From Candidatus Nomurabacteria bacterium (lineage in GTDB: Bacteria; Patescibacteriota; Saccharimonadia; Saccharimonadales; CAIOMD01): DNA of 64,000 nt. Positions 18,768-28,386 of this stretch are shown piece by piece (positions within the stretch are counted from its first letter, which is position 1; every line of letters begins with the position of its first letter). Under the pieces are notes generated by a model. The model worked only from the letters and a program-made list of their open reading frames with translations, was not told where the DNA came from and did not search any database. Where the stretch lies: the NCBI GenBank assembly GCA_020631975.1, contig JACKGO010000001.1, forward strand, positions 67,409 through 131,408, read 5' to 3'. The position numbers and the translations under genes were made by a program.

Positions 18768-20006
18768 ATGAGCACACACAAAAAAATGTACTGGGGCGCA
18801 AGCACCGCGAGCCATCAAGTAGAAGGTGGAACACATAATCAGTGGAGCGTGTGGGAGTTAGAAAACGCAAATGAACTAGCCAAAACGGCCAAACACAGAC
18901 TCGGCTGGCTAGCCAACTGGCAGGATATCAAAGCTCAAGCTTCGGACCCAAGCAATTACATTTCAGACAAGGGCGTAGACCACTATACGCGCTACCAAGA
19001 AGACTTTGATCTATTACAATCACTCAATTTAAACGCATTTAGATTTGGCATTGAATGGGCACGCATCGAACCCGAACAAGGTGTGTGGGACAAAGCTGCT
19101 CTTGCGCATTACAAACAATACATCGCCAGTTTGAACCAACGTGGAATAGAGCCTTTTATTAACCTGTGGCACTGGACTATGCCCGTGTGGTTTACAGAAA
19201 TGGGGGGCTTTGAAAAACGAAGTAACATTACATACTTTGAAGCTTTTGTACAAAAAGTGTCTGAAGAATTGCTACATGACGTTCGGTACGTTATAACAAT
19301 CAATGAGCCGAACGTCTACATGGGGCTTAGCTATAGCGATGGCGAATGGCCACCACAAAAAAAGAGTAAGCTACTTGCGATGTATGTGTATTACAATTTA
19401 GCAGTTGCTCACAAAAAAGCATATAAAATAATCAAGCAAAAACACCCACATATGCAGATTGGCGTCGCCCAACAGCTGGCGAACATACAAGCGTTTAGAC
19501 CTGGCCATTGGTTTGATGAAACCGTCGTAAAACTAATGCGGTACTTTTGGAACTGGTGGTGGCTTAATAGAACAAACAAGCAACAAGATTTTATAGGGTT
19601 TAATTACTATTTTACCGATTATTACAAGGGCTTTCGTAAGCAAAACCCTACAAAACCAATCAATGATTTAGGCTGGTACATGGAGCCAAAGGGCGTACTG
19701 CCACTTTTGCAGCGCATTGCGTATCATTACCCCAAAAAGCCTATTTTTATTACAGAAAACGGTGTGGCAGATGCTCATGATACATATAGACAGTGGTGGT
19801 TACAAGAAACAATGGTAGCGATAGAAACGGCAAAAAGCCAAGGTATTCCAGTGGCAGGCTATTTACATTGGAGTTTACTAGATAACTTTGAATGGAAGTA
19901 CGGGTGGTGGCCAAAATTTGGCCTTGTGGCAGTAGACAGAAAAACAATGAAACGAACCGTCCGGCCAAGCAGTAAATGGTGGGCGCACTATATTGACAAA
20001 ACATAG
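18768..20006 (+). CDS. Glycoside hydrolase family 1 beta-glucosidase
   Basis: ASHQVEGG, NAFRFGIEWARIEP, acid/base TINEPN and nucleophile ITENG. Confidence 0.85.
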   Translation: MSTHKKMYWGASTASHQVEGGTHNQWSVWELENANELAKTAKHRLGWLANWQDIKAQASDPSNYISDKGVDHYTRYQEDFDLLQSLNLNAFRFGIEWARIEPEQGVWDKAALAHYKQYIASLNQRGIEPFINLWHWTMPVWFTEMGGFEKRSNITYFEAFVQKVSEELLHDVRYVITINEPNVYMGLSYSDGEWPPQKKSKLLAMYVYYNLAVAHKKAYKIIKQKHPHMQIGVAQQLANIQAFRPGHWFDETVVKLMRYFWNWWWLNRTNKQQDFIGFNYYFTDYYKGFRKQNPTKPINDLGWYMEPKGVLPLLQRIAYHYPKKPIFITENGVADAHDTYRQWWLQETMVAIETAKSQGIPVAGYLHWSLLDNFEWKYGWWPKFGLVAVDRKTMKRTVRPSSKWWAHYIDKT

Positions 20007-20206
20007 CTAATAAAGTATAATAATTATAGAGAGGTAGGGCTGTTATGGCTCACATACTATTGGCTGCAGTGATATTTTATAATTTTGCTACAGCTACGTT
20101 AGCTTAGGGGATACAAGATGCTGCCGGCAGCTTACACAGCGAAGCGTGCTATTGACAAACTAATGTACGGGGAGTATACCTAGGGCATAAGCGAAAGGTA
20201 ACAAAA

Positions 20207-20647
20207 ATGTCTATCGAAACAATACCACCAATTGGACCTAATTGTGTTGATACACAAGACCAGACTGTGGTACACGAGCCTATAGCACCGCAACGATACG
20301 AAGAGTTGGATGAAGTTGCGCTGTATTTTCTTTGGGAAAATGAAGAAAAGAGGAAAAAGCTAGAGAGACAGAGAAAAGAGCTGGCTAGGTGGTTTAAGCT
20401 AGAAGAAACCGCGAGCTGGGAAGAAATAAATTACCACGTAGAACTCGCCAACGCAGAACGTTTAGAAACTGTAAGATTAGGTAGGTTAGCTCTTTATCGT
20501 AAAGAACGTTATGTGGTACCCGGCCAAGAAGAACTTGATGATCGTCTGAGTAAAATCCTATCAGACAGATTCTGGACAGATCAGAACCCAACCAGACGGC
20601 TCCATCTAGATCAACACGCATCAATAAATCACGGACAGAATTACTAA
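20207..20647 (+). CDS. Hypothetical protein (146 aa)
   Basis: ORF with an AAAGGTAAC SD-like element. No family was recognised. Confidence 0.45.
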   Translation: MSIETIPPIGPNCVDTQDQTVVHEPIAPQRYEELDEVALYFLWENEEKRKKLERQRKELARWFKLEETASWEEINYHVELANAERLETVRLGRLALYRKERYVVPGQEELDDRLSKILSDRFWTDQNPTRRLHLDQHASINHGQNY

Positions 20648-20741
20648 TAATACACTTTAGACTAAGCGCTTACACTATATTTTTTGCATATACAAAGTTT
20701 CATAATTGTACATAACGGTATATCTAGTAGAATAAAGTAGT

Positions 20742-21779
20742 ATGTTGAATTCTATGAGTGCGAAAATTGTGGTGATTGGTGGTGGAACGGGTAGCTTTAC
20801 GGTGCTGAGCGGTCTGAAAAAGAAGTTTTCTGATATAACCGCTATTGTAAATATGGCAGACGACGGAGGCTCTACTGGGCAATTACGTGATGAGCTAGGC
20901 GTCTTACCGCCTGGTGATGTGCGCCAATGTTTGGTGGCGTTATCTGAATCACCTAAATTGCGAGAGTTATTTACATATAGATTTGAAGAAGGCGCACTAA
21001 AGGGCCATGCTTTTGGCAATATTTTCTTAACAGCACTAGAAAAAATGACAGGTAGTTTTGCAGACGCAATTGATGTGGCTGATGAGGTGTTGCAAGTGAA
21101 CGGTAGGGTAGTGCCAGTAACGTTAGATAATGTTCGTCTTATTATGCGGCAACGTAAAGGCCACGATATTATTGGCGAATATAAAATAGGCAATATGCCG
21201 TTTACGCTTGGTGAACAGCGGCCAATTTTAGAACTGTCACCACCGGCACGATTAAACCCAGAAGCCAAGCGTGCCATACAGGCCGCCGATATGATTGTAA
21301 TTGCTCCGGGCAATTTATATGGAAGTGTGGCGCCTGCATTGTTAGTGAAGGGCATGACACGCGCCTTACAAGAAACAAAGGCTACAATTGTATACGTCTG
21401 TAACCTCGTAACGAAACCTGGCCAAACAGATGGCTTTTTCGTGCATGATTTTGCGGATGAAATAGAGCGCTTTATTGGGGCGCGAGTGCTAGACTTTGTT
21501 TTATATAACACACAGGAGCCAGAAACGTCGCTACGCGCAAAGTACATAAAAGATAATGAGTATAACGTTGCTTACGATGAGCAGATACTCGCACAAAGCC
21601 ATTTTACGGCACTTGGTTCTGCCTTTTTGAGCGGTGAAGCTGTGCAGCACAGTAAGGCGGATACAATTGCTACCAGTAGATCATATATTCGGCACAACAC
21701 CAATGCGATTACACAGCACCTCATTGCAATACTAGAGCGTCAAAAAAGTAACTTTGACAACAAATATGCGCAGGAGTAA
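20742..21779 (+). CDS. YvcK/CofD-like (UPF0052, gluconeogenesis-factor family) protein
   Basis: IVVIGGGTGSFTVLSGLK...ADDGGSTG.LR....LPPGD.R.C; length 345 aa. Confidence 0.8.
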   Translation: MLNSMSAKIVVIGGGTGSFTVLSGLKKKFSDITAIVNMADDGGSTGQLRDELGVLPPGDVRQCLVALSESPKLRELFTYRFEEGALKGHAFGNIFLTALEKMTGSFADAIDVADEVLQVNGRVVPVTLDNVRLIMRQRKGHDIIGEYKIGNMPFTLGEQRPILELSPPARLNPEAKRAIQAADMIVIAPGNLYGSVAPALLVKGMTRALQETKATIVYVCNLVTKPGQTDGFFVHDFADEIERFIGARVLDFVLYNTQEPETSLRAKYIKDNEYNVAYDEQILAQSHFTALGSAFLSGEAVQHSKADTIATSRSYIRHNTNAITQHLIAILERQKSNFDNKYAQE

Positions 21780-21816
21780 ACTATATAGAGAACAATGTAA
21801 CAAAAAGAGACAAAAA

Positions 21817-21969
21817 ATGCGTATATCACAAGAATTTGGTCCAACAGCAGCTCGTGAAGATCAAATACACGAAGGATTCCGTGTTGTTAAAGGGCTAGGG
21901 GAGACAGGCGTACTTAAACTAGACCCAGACTTTGGCTACGAAGGAGTCTTTGTCTGCGGTACTGAATAA
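21817..21969 (+). CDS. Possible small protein (50 aa)
   Basis: The ORF ends 17 nt before a strong intrinsic terminator. The internal ATG 21817 avoids overlap with the yvcK-like gene. Confidence 0.3.
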   Translation: MRISQEFGPTAAREDQIHEGFRVVKGLGETGVLKLDPDFGYEGVFVCGTE

Positions 21970-21985
21970 AAGCCAACCATTCATA

Positions 21986-22021
21986 AAAAAGACACTTTGG
22001 TTTAAGAAGAGTGTCTTTTTT
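21986..22021 (+). terminator. Rho-independent terminator
   Basis: AAAAAGACACT-loop-AGTGTCTTTTTT. Confidence 0.75.
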
Positions 22022-22120
22022 ATTATTACGTGCGCTATATGTAGTGTTGTGCGAACAAGCTACGAACGTATTGTGGATAACTATAAGCACTTTATACATA
22101 AATACATAAAAAGTACTTGC

Positions 22121-22169
22121 AGTGGGTAGTAGTGGGTAGTAGACTGTACTTAGTGGGTAAAAGTGGGTA
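22121..22169 (+). promoter_or_regulatory. Four direct AGTGGGTA boxes = candidate MraZ operator in the dcw promoter
   Basis: Identical octamers at 22121, 22131, 22152 and 22162 (spacing 10, 21, 10 nt), 44 nt upstream of mraZ. E. coli MraZ is known to bind tandem TGGGN repeats at Pmra. Confidence 0.7.
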
Positions 22170-22212
22170 ACACCACAGCACAAAATAAAAAAACCACTAA
22201 GTAGATTAAAAA

Positions 22213-22572
22213 ATGACCACCGTAGACTACTTCGAAAGGAAGCTTGACGATAAGCGTCGGTTAACAATACCGGCCGAGCTTCGGAGCGAGTTCAAAAGCG
22301 GTGTTGTCGTAACAAAAGGATTTGGTACGTATCTGCATATGTACTCAGAAGAAGTTTGGAATTCACAAGTAGAACCCGAACTTACAGGCTATATTCTCGA
22401 CGAGAAAGTGGCCGACTTAAATGTACAATTTCGCAGTGGCAAAACCAGCGCAGAGCTAGATCAAAAACAGGGTAGGGTTACCCTTGAACAGCATCTGTTA
22501 GACTTTGCCGGCATTACCAAAGACGTTGTTGCAGTACGGGCAGGGGCCTATTGGCGCCTCTCTGCTAAATAA
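22213..22572 (+). CDS. mraZ: Transcriptional regulator MraZ (short, 119 aa)
   Basis: Two SpoVT/AbrB-like half-domains with the MraZ motifs LDDKRRLTIPAELR and LDQKQGRVTLEQHL; first gene of the dcw cluster. Confidence 0.8.
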   Translation: MTTVDYFERKLDDKRRLTIPAELRSEFKSGVVVTKGFGTYLHMYSEEVWNSQVEPELTGYILDEKVADLNVQFRSGKTSAELDQKQGRVTLEQHLLDFAGITKDVVAVRAGAYWRLSAK

Positions 22573-22905
22573 TCTACGAACATTAACAATTTAACACACC
22601 AAACCACACCGACTCGAGATTAGCGATTCGGTAGTCAACACGTAGCATTATTAGGAACTACGTTAAAAATCCTCGCACCTTACTTAAGCAAAACACCTCC
22701 CAAAACTCCACCTCACACATAAGTCTCTACAAAGTCTATAGCGATACATCTATAAAAGCCGACATACATTTCAAATTCACATTTGGATAGTCAGTCAAAA
22801 TGATATATCACCAAAAACTATACACTTTATACAAAAACAAAAACTACAAAAAAACAAAACGTTGGCTACTGAATCGGTGACCTTGCAAAAATAAAAACAA
22901 AAAAT

Positions 22906-23769
22906 ATGCATGAACCAGTATTACTACAAGAAGTTATAGCTGCAATGAACCCCACGAGCGGGGAAAGGTACTTAGATGCCACCGCTGGGTATGGTGGGCA
23001 TGCGCGGGAAATCTTAGCGCATACCAATAACTTTTCTGAAAGTGTTCTGGTTGATCGCGATAAAGCTGCGGTAGACCACTTAATGGCCGAATTTGCTACT
23101 ACTAGAGTAAAAATAGTGCGGAACGATTTTTACTCTGCTGCGGAAGATTTAGTAGCAGCAGGCCAGCAATTTGATCTAATATTGGCAGATTTAGGCGTAT
23201 CGTCACTGCACCTTGACAAGGCGAGTCGTGGGTTTAGCTTTGCTGCTATAGGACCACTAGATATGCGAATGGATCAACGTCAAACCCTGACGGCTGAAAC
23301 AGTCGTAAACGAGTGGAGTGCGGAAAGCCTAGAGCAGATATTGCGTAATTATGGCGAAGAGCCAAAAGCACGCAGAATAGCTAAAGCAATTGTGGCTCAT
23401 CGCCCCATTGCAACTACGTCAGAACTTGCCAATATTGTGGCCCGTACAACCGGCCGGTGGACAGGTAAACATCCTGCCACTCGCACCTTTCAGGCAATTA
23501 GAATTGCGGTCAACGACGAGCTACGGTTATTAGAGAGAGTGATGCCACTATGGGTTGCTATCTTGCGCCCAGGTGGGCGGTTGGGTATCATAAGTTTTCA
23601 CTCACTCGAGGACCGTCTTGTAAAACGCTTTTTTCTCGAACATGGAGGAGATCGCTTCGATGCTTCGCTTTCTATTGTCACCAAACAACCGGTTGTAGCC
23701 GGATCACAAGAAATTGCTATTAATCCGCGTTCACGAAGTGCAAAACTCCGTGTCGCCGCAAAAATATAA
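22906..23769 (+). CDS. rsmH: 16S rRNA (cytosine1402-N4)-methyltransferase RsmH
   Basis: HEPVLL.E......G.YLDAT.G.GGHA, DLGVSS.HLD...RGFSF, SFHSLEDR.VK. Confidence 0.9.
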   Translation: MHEPVLLQEVIAAMNPTSGERYLDATAGYGGHAREILAHTNNFSESVLVDRDKAAVDHLMAEFATTRVKIVRNDFYSAAEDLVAAGQQFDLILADLGVSSLHLDKASRGFSFAAIGPLDMRMDQRQTLTAETVVNEWSAESLEQILRNYGEEPKARRIAKAIVAHRPIATTSELANIVARTTGRWTGKHPATRTFQAIRIAVNDELRLLERVMPLWVAILRPGGRLGIISFHSLEDRLVKRFFLEHGGDRFDASLSIVTKQPVVAGSQEIAINPRSRSAKLRVAAKI

Positions 23770-23870
23770 ACAAAATAGAAAGGACCAGCGATGAAAATTA
23801 AAGTCACTGGTCGGTCGGTAGCCCAAAAAGTACACGTTCACGTACTATAGGCACTTTATCGACGCATAGG

Positions 23871-23904
23871 TTGTGCAACTCTTGGTCAAACAAGAGTTGC
23901 ACAA
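23871..23904 (+). repeat. Perfect 14-bp inverted repeat in the rsmH-ftsL spacer
   Basis: TTGTGCAACTCTTG-gtcaaa-CAAGAGTTGCACAA, with no U-tract on either strand. Confidence 0.8.
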
Positions 23905-23922
23905 TCACCAAAAAACAAACAT

Positions 23923-24270
23923 ATGACATACGGAAAATCAATTACACTATCACGAGCTGCACCATATCAACGCAATCGCAATGTCGTTAGCTTAAAGTCC
24001 AACCGAACAGGGTTTGGGCCAGTTGCTAACAGCGTAATTATTGTGCTGATATTATGTTTGCTTGGCTTGGTATACCTGACGCAAGTTACCAAAACGAACG
24101 CACTAGGCTATAAGGTGAGCGAACTTTCTAGCCAACAAGAACAATTGTCTGAAGAACACGCTAGTCTTGAGCTAGACTCTGTTCGTCTACAAAATCTTGA
24201 ACGTATCAAAAACAGCCAAGTAGCACAAAATCTGCAACAAGCACAGCCAACTGCATACGTGACACAATAA
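23923..24270 (+). CDS. ftsL: FtsL/DivIC-like cell-division protein
   Basis: Single TM (VIIVLILCLLGLVYL) followed by a coiled coil; canonical position between rsmH and ftsI. Confidence 0.6.
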   Translation: MTYGKSITLSRAAPYQRNRNVVSLKSNRTGFGPVANSVIIVLILCLLGLVYLTQVTKTNALGYKVSELSSQQEQLSEEHASLELDSVRLQNLERIKNSQVAQNLQQAQPTAYVTQ

Positions 24271-24316
24271 CCAAAAAGTGGTAATATAACTATAAGCAGT
24301 TTATCTGTTATTTACG

Positions 24317-26068
24317 ATGCAAACGAACAAAAAACAGCATAAAACAACTAACTTAGACCGTAGTACGGTTTTTAAGTTTGGCTTATATGCGGTAGGCGCT
24401 ATTTTATTAGTGCAACTTTTTTTGGTACAAATAATTCGTCACGATTACTACCGTGCAGAAGCACTTGCAGAGCATGTAAAAAAGTTTGAAATACCTGCCA
24501 AGCGCGGTGTGATTAGCTTATCAGACGGTTACAGCGCTACTCCAGTGGTGCTTAATGAAAAAAAGTTCTTAGTGTACGCCGATCCTAAGTTTATCCAGAA
24601 CACTGAAGCAGCTGCTAAGCAACTTCAAGAAGTTGTTGGTGGCAACGCAGACGATATAAAGAACTTACTTACGAGTACGAGTAGGTATGTGGTTGTTGCC
24701 AAAAAAATAGACGAAGCACAATCAAAAAGAGTAGAAGATTTAAAAATCAAAGGTGTTGGTCTTAAAGAAATTTCTGTACGGTCGTATCCTCAGGGAACTG
24801 TGGCGGCACACGTTCTTGGGTTTGTTAATGATGACGGCGTTGGCCAATATGGTTTTGAAGAGTATTTTAACAAAGAGCTGACAGGCAAAAGTGGCCAGCA
24901 GAAAATTATTACAGATGTGAATGGGGTACCACTTGCCATAAATAACGAATCCGTCCAAACGCAGCCAGACCCGGGGAGTGATGTGACTTTAAGCTTAGAT
25001 ATACGCTTGCAGCGTATTGTCGAAGAGCAATTGAAAGCTGGTGTTGATAGAACTCAGGCTAAAAGAGGGAGCGCTGTACTAATAGACCCTAACAACGGCG
25101 AAATTAAGGCTATGGCAAACTATCCTACGTTTGATCCGTCGCAATTTGCAAGCCAAGCAGATTTAAGTGTGTTTACCAATACAGCAGTGAGCAGGGCCTG
25201 GGAGCCAGGTTCGGTGATGAAACCGCTTATGCTTGCGACTGCTTTGCAAGAAGGAGCCGTCACACGCAATACTTCATACTTTGATCCAGGTTATAAGAAA
25301 ATTGCAGATACAACAGTAACCAACGCCCACAGTTATGGAGCCCGGACGATGACTATCGATGACATCATAACAAAGTCACTCAATACTGGTGCGGTGCACT
25401 TAATGCAGTCGCTTGGGGGTGGTGACATCACCGAAGCGAGCCGGCAGACATGGTATGAATATTTAACGAATCATTTTATGTTTAATAAAACGACAGGCAT
25501 TGAACTTGCTAATGAACAACCTGGCGGTGTTATTCCCCCTCAAGATAATGGGGCGGGTATTAATGTCACCTATGCTAATATGGCCTTTGGTCAAGGCTTA
25601 ACAATCACACCAATACAACTGGCGGCAGCCTATGCTGCGCTCGTTAACGGTGGAACATATTATCAGCCAACGGTCATAGAAGAATATAAAAAAGATGGCA
25701 CATCCGTGAAGCAAGAACCAAAAGTTGTAAGAAGTGATGTAGTGAGCAGCGAAGTGAGTGCGCAAGTAAAAGATATTTTACGTGAATCATTAGAAGAGAA
25801 TTACAAGCCAGCCATCCGGGCAGGCTATACGCTTGGTGCAAAGAGTGGTACAGCCGAGCTGTCTGATGGCCAAGGAAACTACCGTGAAGATGCCTACGAT
25901 GGAGCATACGTTGGGTACTTAGAAGGCAAAAAACTAGAATATGTTATGGTGGTGCGGCTAGATGAGCCAAAGACCAGTGGCTTTGCCAGTAGGCAAGCGA
26001 CCATTGTTTGGGGAGATATTTCTAACGAAATCATTAATTCTATCGCTATAGAACCAAAGATTCAATAA
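24317..26068 (+). CDS. ftsI: Class B penicillin-binding protein / peptidoglycan D,D-transpeptidase FtsI
   Basis: N-terminal TM, PBP dimerisation domain, SxxK (GSVMKP), SxN (SLNTG) and K[ST]G (KSGTA). Confidence 0.85.
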   Translation: MQTNKKQHKTTNLDRSTVFKFGLYAVGAILLVQLFLVQIIRHDYYRAEALAEHVKKFEIPAKRGVISLSDGYSATPVVLNEKKFLVYADPKFIQNTEAAAKQLQEVVGGNADDIKNLLTSTSRYVVVAKKIDEAQSKRVEDLKIKGVGLKEISVRSYPQGTVAAHVLGFVNDDGVGQYGFEEYFNKELTGKSGQQKIITDVNGVPLAINNESVQTQPDPGSDVTLSLDIRLQRIVEEQLKAGVDRTQAKRGSAVLIDPNNGEIKAMANYPTFDPSQFASQADLSVFTNTAVSRAWEPGSVMKPLMLATALQEGAVTRNTSYFDPGYKKIADTTVTNAHSYGARTMTIDDIITKSLNTGAVHLMQSLGGGDITEASRQTWYEYLTNHFMFNKTTGIELANEQPGGVIPPQDNGAGINVTYANMAFGQGLTITPIQLAAAYAALVNGGTYYQPTVIEEYKKDGTSVKQEPKVVRSDVVSSEVSAQVKDILRESLEENYKPAIRAGYTLGAKSGTAELSDGQGNYREDAYDGAYVGYLEGKKLEYVMVVRLDEPKTSGFASRQATIVWGDISNEIINSIAIEPKIQ

Positions 26069-26107
26069 TTATGGTATACTAATAACTACAAAGAAGAAGA
26101 TACAAAG

Positions 26108-27148
26108 ATGTCAACATTAAATATAGCAATAGAAACCGCTACCTTAACAGAAATCATGTATTTAGGCTTGCTTGGCTTTATTGTAAGTATGGCCCTTACA
26201 CCGATATACACAACAGTTGCCTATAAGTACAAGTGGTGGAAGAAACCACGCGACACAGCACTAACCGGAGAAAAGGCGACCGAATTTCAAAAGCTGCACG
26301 CCGCCAAACATCGCCGTAATATTCCGACAATGGCTGGTATTGTTACGCTTGTAGGTGTTGCGCTTGTTACCCTCGTATTTAATTTATCCCGCGAACAGAC
26401 TTGGTTGCCGCTTGCTTTAATGGCCGCAGCCGGTGTGGTGGGACTGATAGATGATTACATTAATATCAGAGGGCAAGGCAAGGGGGTCGCCGGGCTGCGC
26501 GCAAAATTAAAGTTTAGTATGATAGGTACGGTTGCGTTTGTTGGTGGCTGGTGGTTCTTTGCCAAAAATGATATTACGTCATTTTATATGCCTGGGTTAG
26601 GTGATGTAACAATCGGCTGGCTGATGATTCCGCTATTTATGCTCGTTGTTATCGCGACTGCGAATGCTGTGAATATTTCTGATGGTCTCGATGGATTGGC
26701 GGGTGGCTTATTGGCATCATCTTTTGGTGCCTACGCTGTGATAGCATTTTTACAAGAACGTTACGGTGTCGCTGCTTTTTGCATGACGATGGTCGGATCG
26801 CTGCTTGCTTATATATGGTTTAATATCTACCCAGCACGCTTTTTTATGGGTGATGTAGGGAGTTTTAGTCTCGGTACAGCACTGGGTGTTGTTGCCATGA
26901 TAACGAACACGTTTGTGTTATTACCAATCATTGGGTTTGTATTTGTAGCCGAGGCTGGTTCGGTAATTATTCAGACGATATCTAAAAAAACTCGTAATGG
27001 TAAGAAAATATTTAGGATTAGTCCTGTACACCATCATTTTGAAGCAATTGGTTGGCCAGAAGCGAAAGTGACAATGCGTTTTTGGGTAATCGGGCAAGTA
27101 GCCGCTGTTGTTGGCCTAGTACTTGCTATAGTAGGAGGTTTTGTATGA
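26108..27148 (+). CDS. mraY: Phospho-N-acetylmuramoyl-pentapeptide transferase
   Basis: NAVNISDGLDGLAGG and PARFFMGDVGS, with 10 TMs. Confidence 0.9.
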   Translation: MSTLNIAIETATLTEIMYLGLLGFIVSMALTPIYTTVAYKYKWWKKPRDTALTGEKATEFQKLHAAKHRRNIPTMAGIVTLVGVALVTLVFNLSREQTWLPLALMAAAGVVGLIDDYINIRGQGKGVAGLRAKLKFSMIGTVAFVGGWWFFAKNDITSFYMPGLGDVTIGWLMIPLFMLVVIATANAVNISDGLDGLAGGLLASSFGAYAVIAFLQERYGVAAFCMTMVGSLLAYIWFNIYPARFFMGDVGSFSLGTALGVVAMITNTFVLLPIIGFVFVAEAGSVIIQTISKKTRNGKKIFRISPVHHHFEAIGWPEAKVTMRFWVIGQVAAVVGLVLAIVGGFV

Positions 27149-28386
27149 ACCCGCGCCTTGCGCGGCATACACCAAATCAGTTACCAGTAGCCCGTAAACA
27201 TCGACCTGATTATGGGCTATTTATTACTGCCAGTATACTACTAGCTGTTGGCCTAATAGTAATGTATGCAATAAGTCCAGCACTCGCCGCGCAAGGCGGT
27301 GACGTTAGTGATACATATTTTGTCGTTCGACAGCTTATTGCTGTAGTAATTGGTATAGGTGCTTTTTTTATTTTTTCAAAAATTTCTGTAGAAAATTGGT
27401 CAAAATGGCATAAAGCCTTAATTATTAGTGCAATTGTTTTGAGCTTAGGAACAATAGTGACAGGGGGGTTGGCTAACCGATGGATACAACTTGGGGCTTT
27501 TTCGTTCCAAACAGTTGAATATGTAAAGCTCGTGGTTATTATTGTCTTTGCTGGCTATTTATCGCAAGTCATAGATAAAGGTAAATTGACTGATATTCAT
27601 GCGTGGCGTGTGCCTATGATTATCGCGAGTGTACTAGCGCTCATCGTCGTGATTATACAGAGGGATCTTGGTTCTGCTGCTGTGCTCTTTACGATCACTC
27701 TCGCAATGCTATATATGGCTGGGTTCCCACTTGCGAAGTTAACTATCGCAATTACTATCATTGCAATACTCGGCGTATTAGCAGTCGTTTCTACACCATA
27801 TAGGCGTGACCGTGTACTCACTTTTTTACAACCAACGGCTGATTGTTCTGATGCTGGTTATCATTCATGCCAGGCTTTGATTGCGGTTGGGTCTGGTGGC
27901 GTTATGGGCGTTGGTCTTGGCCGTAGCATTCAAGCATATGGCTATTTGCCAGAAGCAGAAAACGATTCCATTTTTGCAATTTATGCAGAAAAGTTTGGGT
28001 TTATTGGATCGGTCGCTTTACTTGGTTTATATGGCAGTTTGTTACTACGTATTTTAACCATAATGCAGCGAGCCCCTAATCGTACGATGCAATTAATGAG
28101 CGCTGGTGTGTTTACGTGGTTTGCGGTGCAGGGCACAATTAATATAGCTGCAATGCTTGGCTTAATACCTTTAAAAGGCATCACATTGCCTTTTATAAGT
28201 TACGGTGGGACAAGCTTGATTTTTTCTATGGCAGCGTTAGGCATAGTGTTTCACATATCTAAGTACACACTCATGAGAAAGGCTACTCTAGCTTTACCAA
28301 AGCAGGAAGGGGATGCGCGTGAAGATAGTCATCACTGGCGGCGGGACAGCCGGCCACGTTACACCGTTACTCGCCGTAGCCTCTGA
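27145..28386 (+). CDS. ftsW: SEDS-family peptidoglycan glycosyltransferase FtsW
   Basis: AGGAGG SD at 27133-27138. ATG 27145 overlaps the mraY stop (ATGA). SEDS blocks are present (FQTVEYVKL, LPEAENDSIFA, GITLPFISYGGTS). Confidence 0.85.
   Translation: MNPRLARHTPNQLPVARKHRPDYGLFITASILLAVGLIVMYAISPALAAQGGDVSDTYFVVRQLIAVVIGIGAFFIFSKISVENWSKWHKALIISAIVLSLGTIVTGGLANRWIQLGAFSFQTVEYVKLVVIIVFAGYLSQVIDKGKLTDIHAWRVPMIIASVLALIVVIIQRDLGSAAVLFTITLAMLYMAGFPLAKLTIAITIIAILGVLAVVSTPYRRDRVLTFLQPTADCSDAGYHSCQALIAVGSGGVMGVGLGRSIQAYGYLPEAENDSIFAIYAEKFGFIGSVALLGLYGSLLLRILTIMQRAPNRTMQLMSAGVFTWFAVQGTINIAAMLGLIPLKGITLPFISYGGTSLIFSMAALGIVFHISKYTLMRKATLALPKQEGDAREDSHHWRRDSRPRYTVTRRSL

Noticed and set aside
22121-22169. 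Whether the AGTGGGTA repeats, or any other repeats in the window, form a CRISPR array.
   Set aside because: The units are only 8 nt long with 2-13-nt gaps, and they sit at the mraZ promoter. I found no 25-40-nt repeat/spacer periodicity and no cas-like genes anywhere in the window.
27052-27144. The long upstream extension of FtsW (and similar track starts at 4411, 12488, 14080, 38549, 41547, 57818 and 61176).
   Set aside because: These extensions overlap the preceding gene or a promoter. They use TTG/GTG or lack an SD. Downstream ATGs have proper SDs or -10 elements and match the family N-termini.
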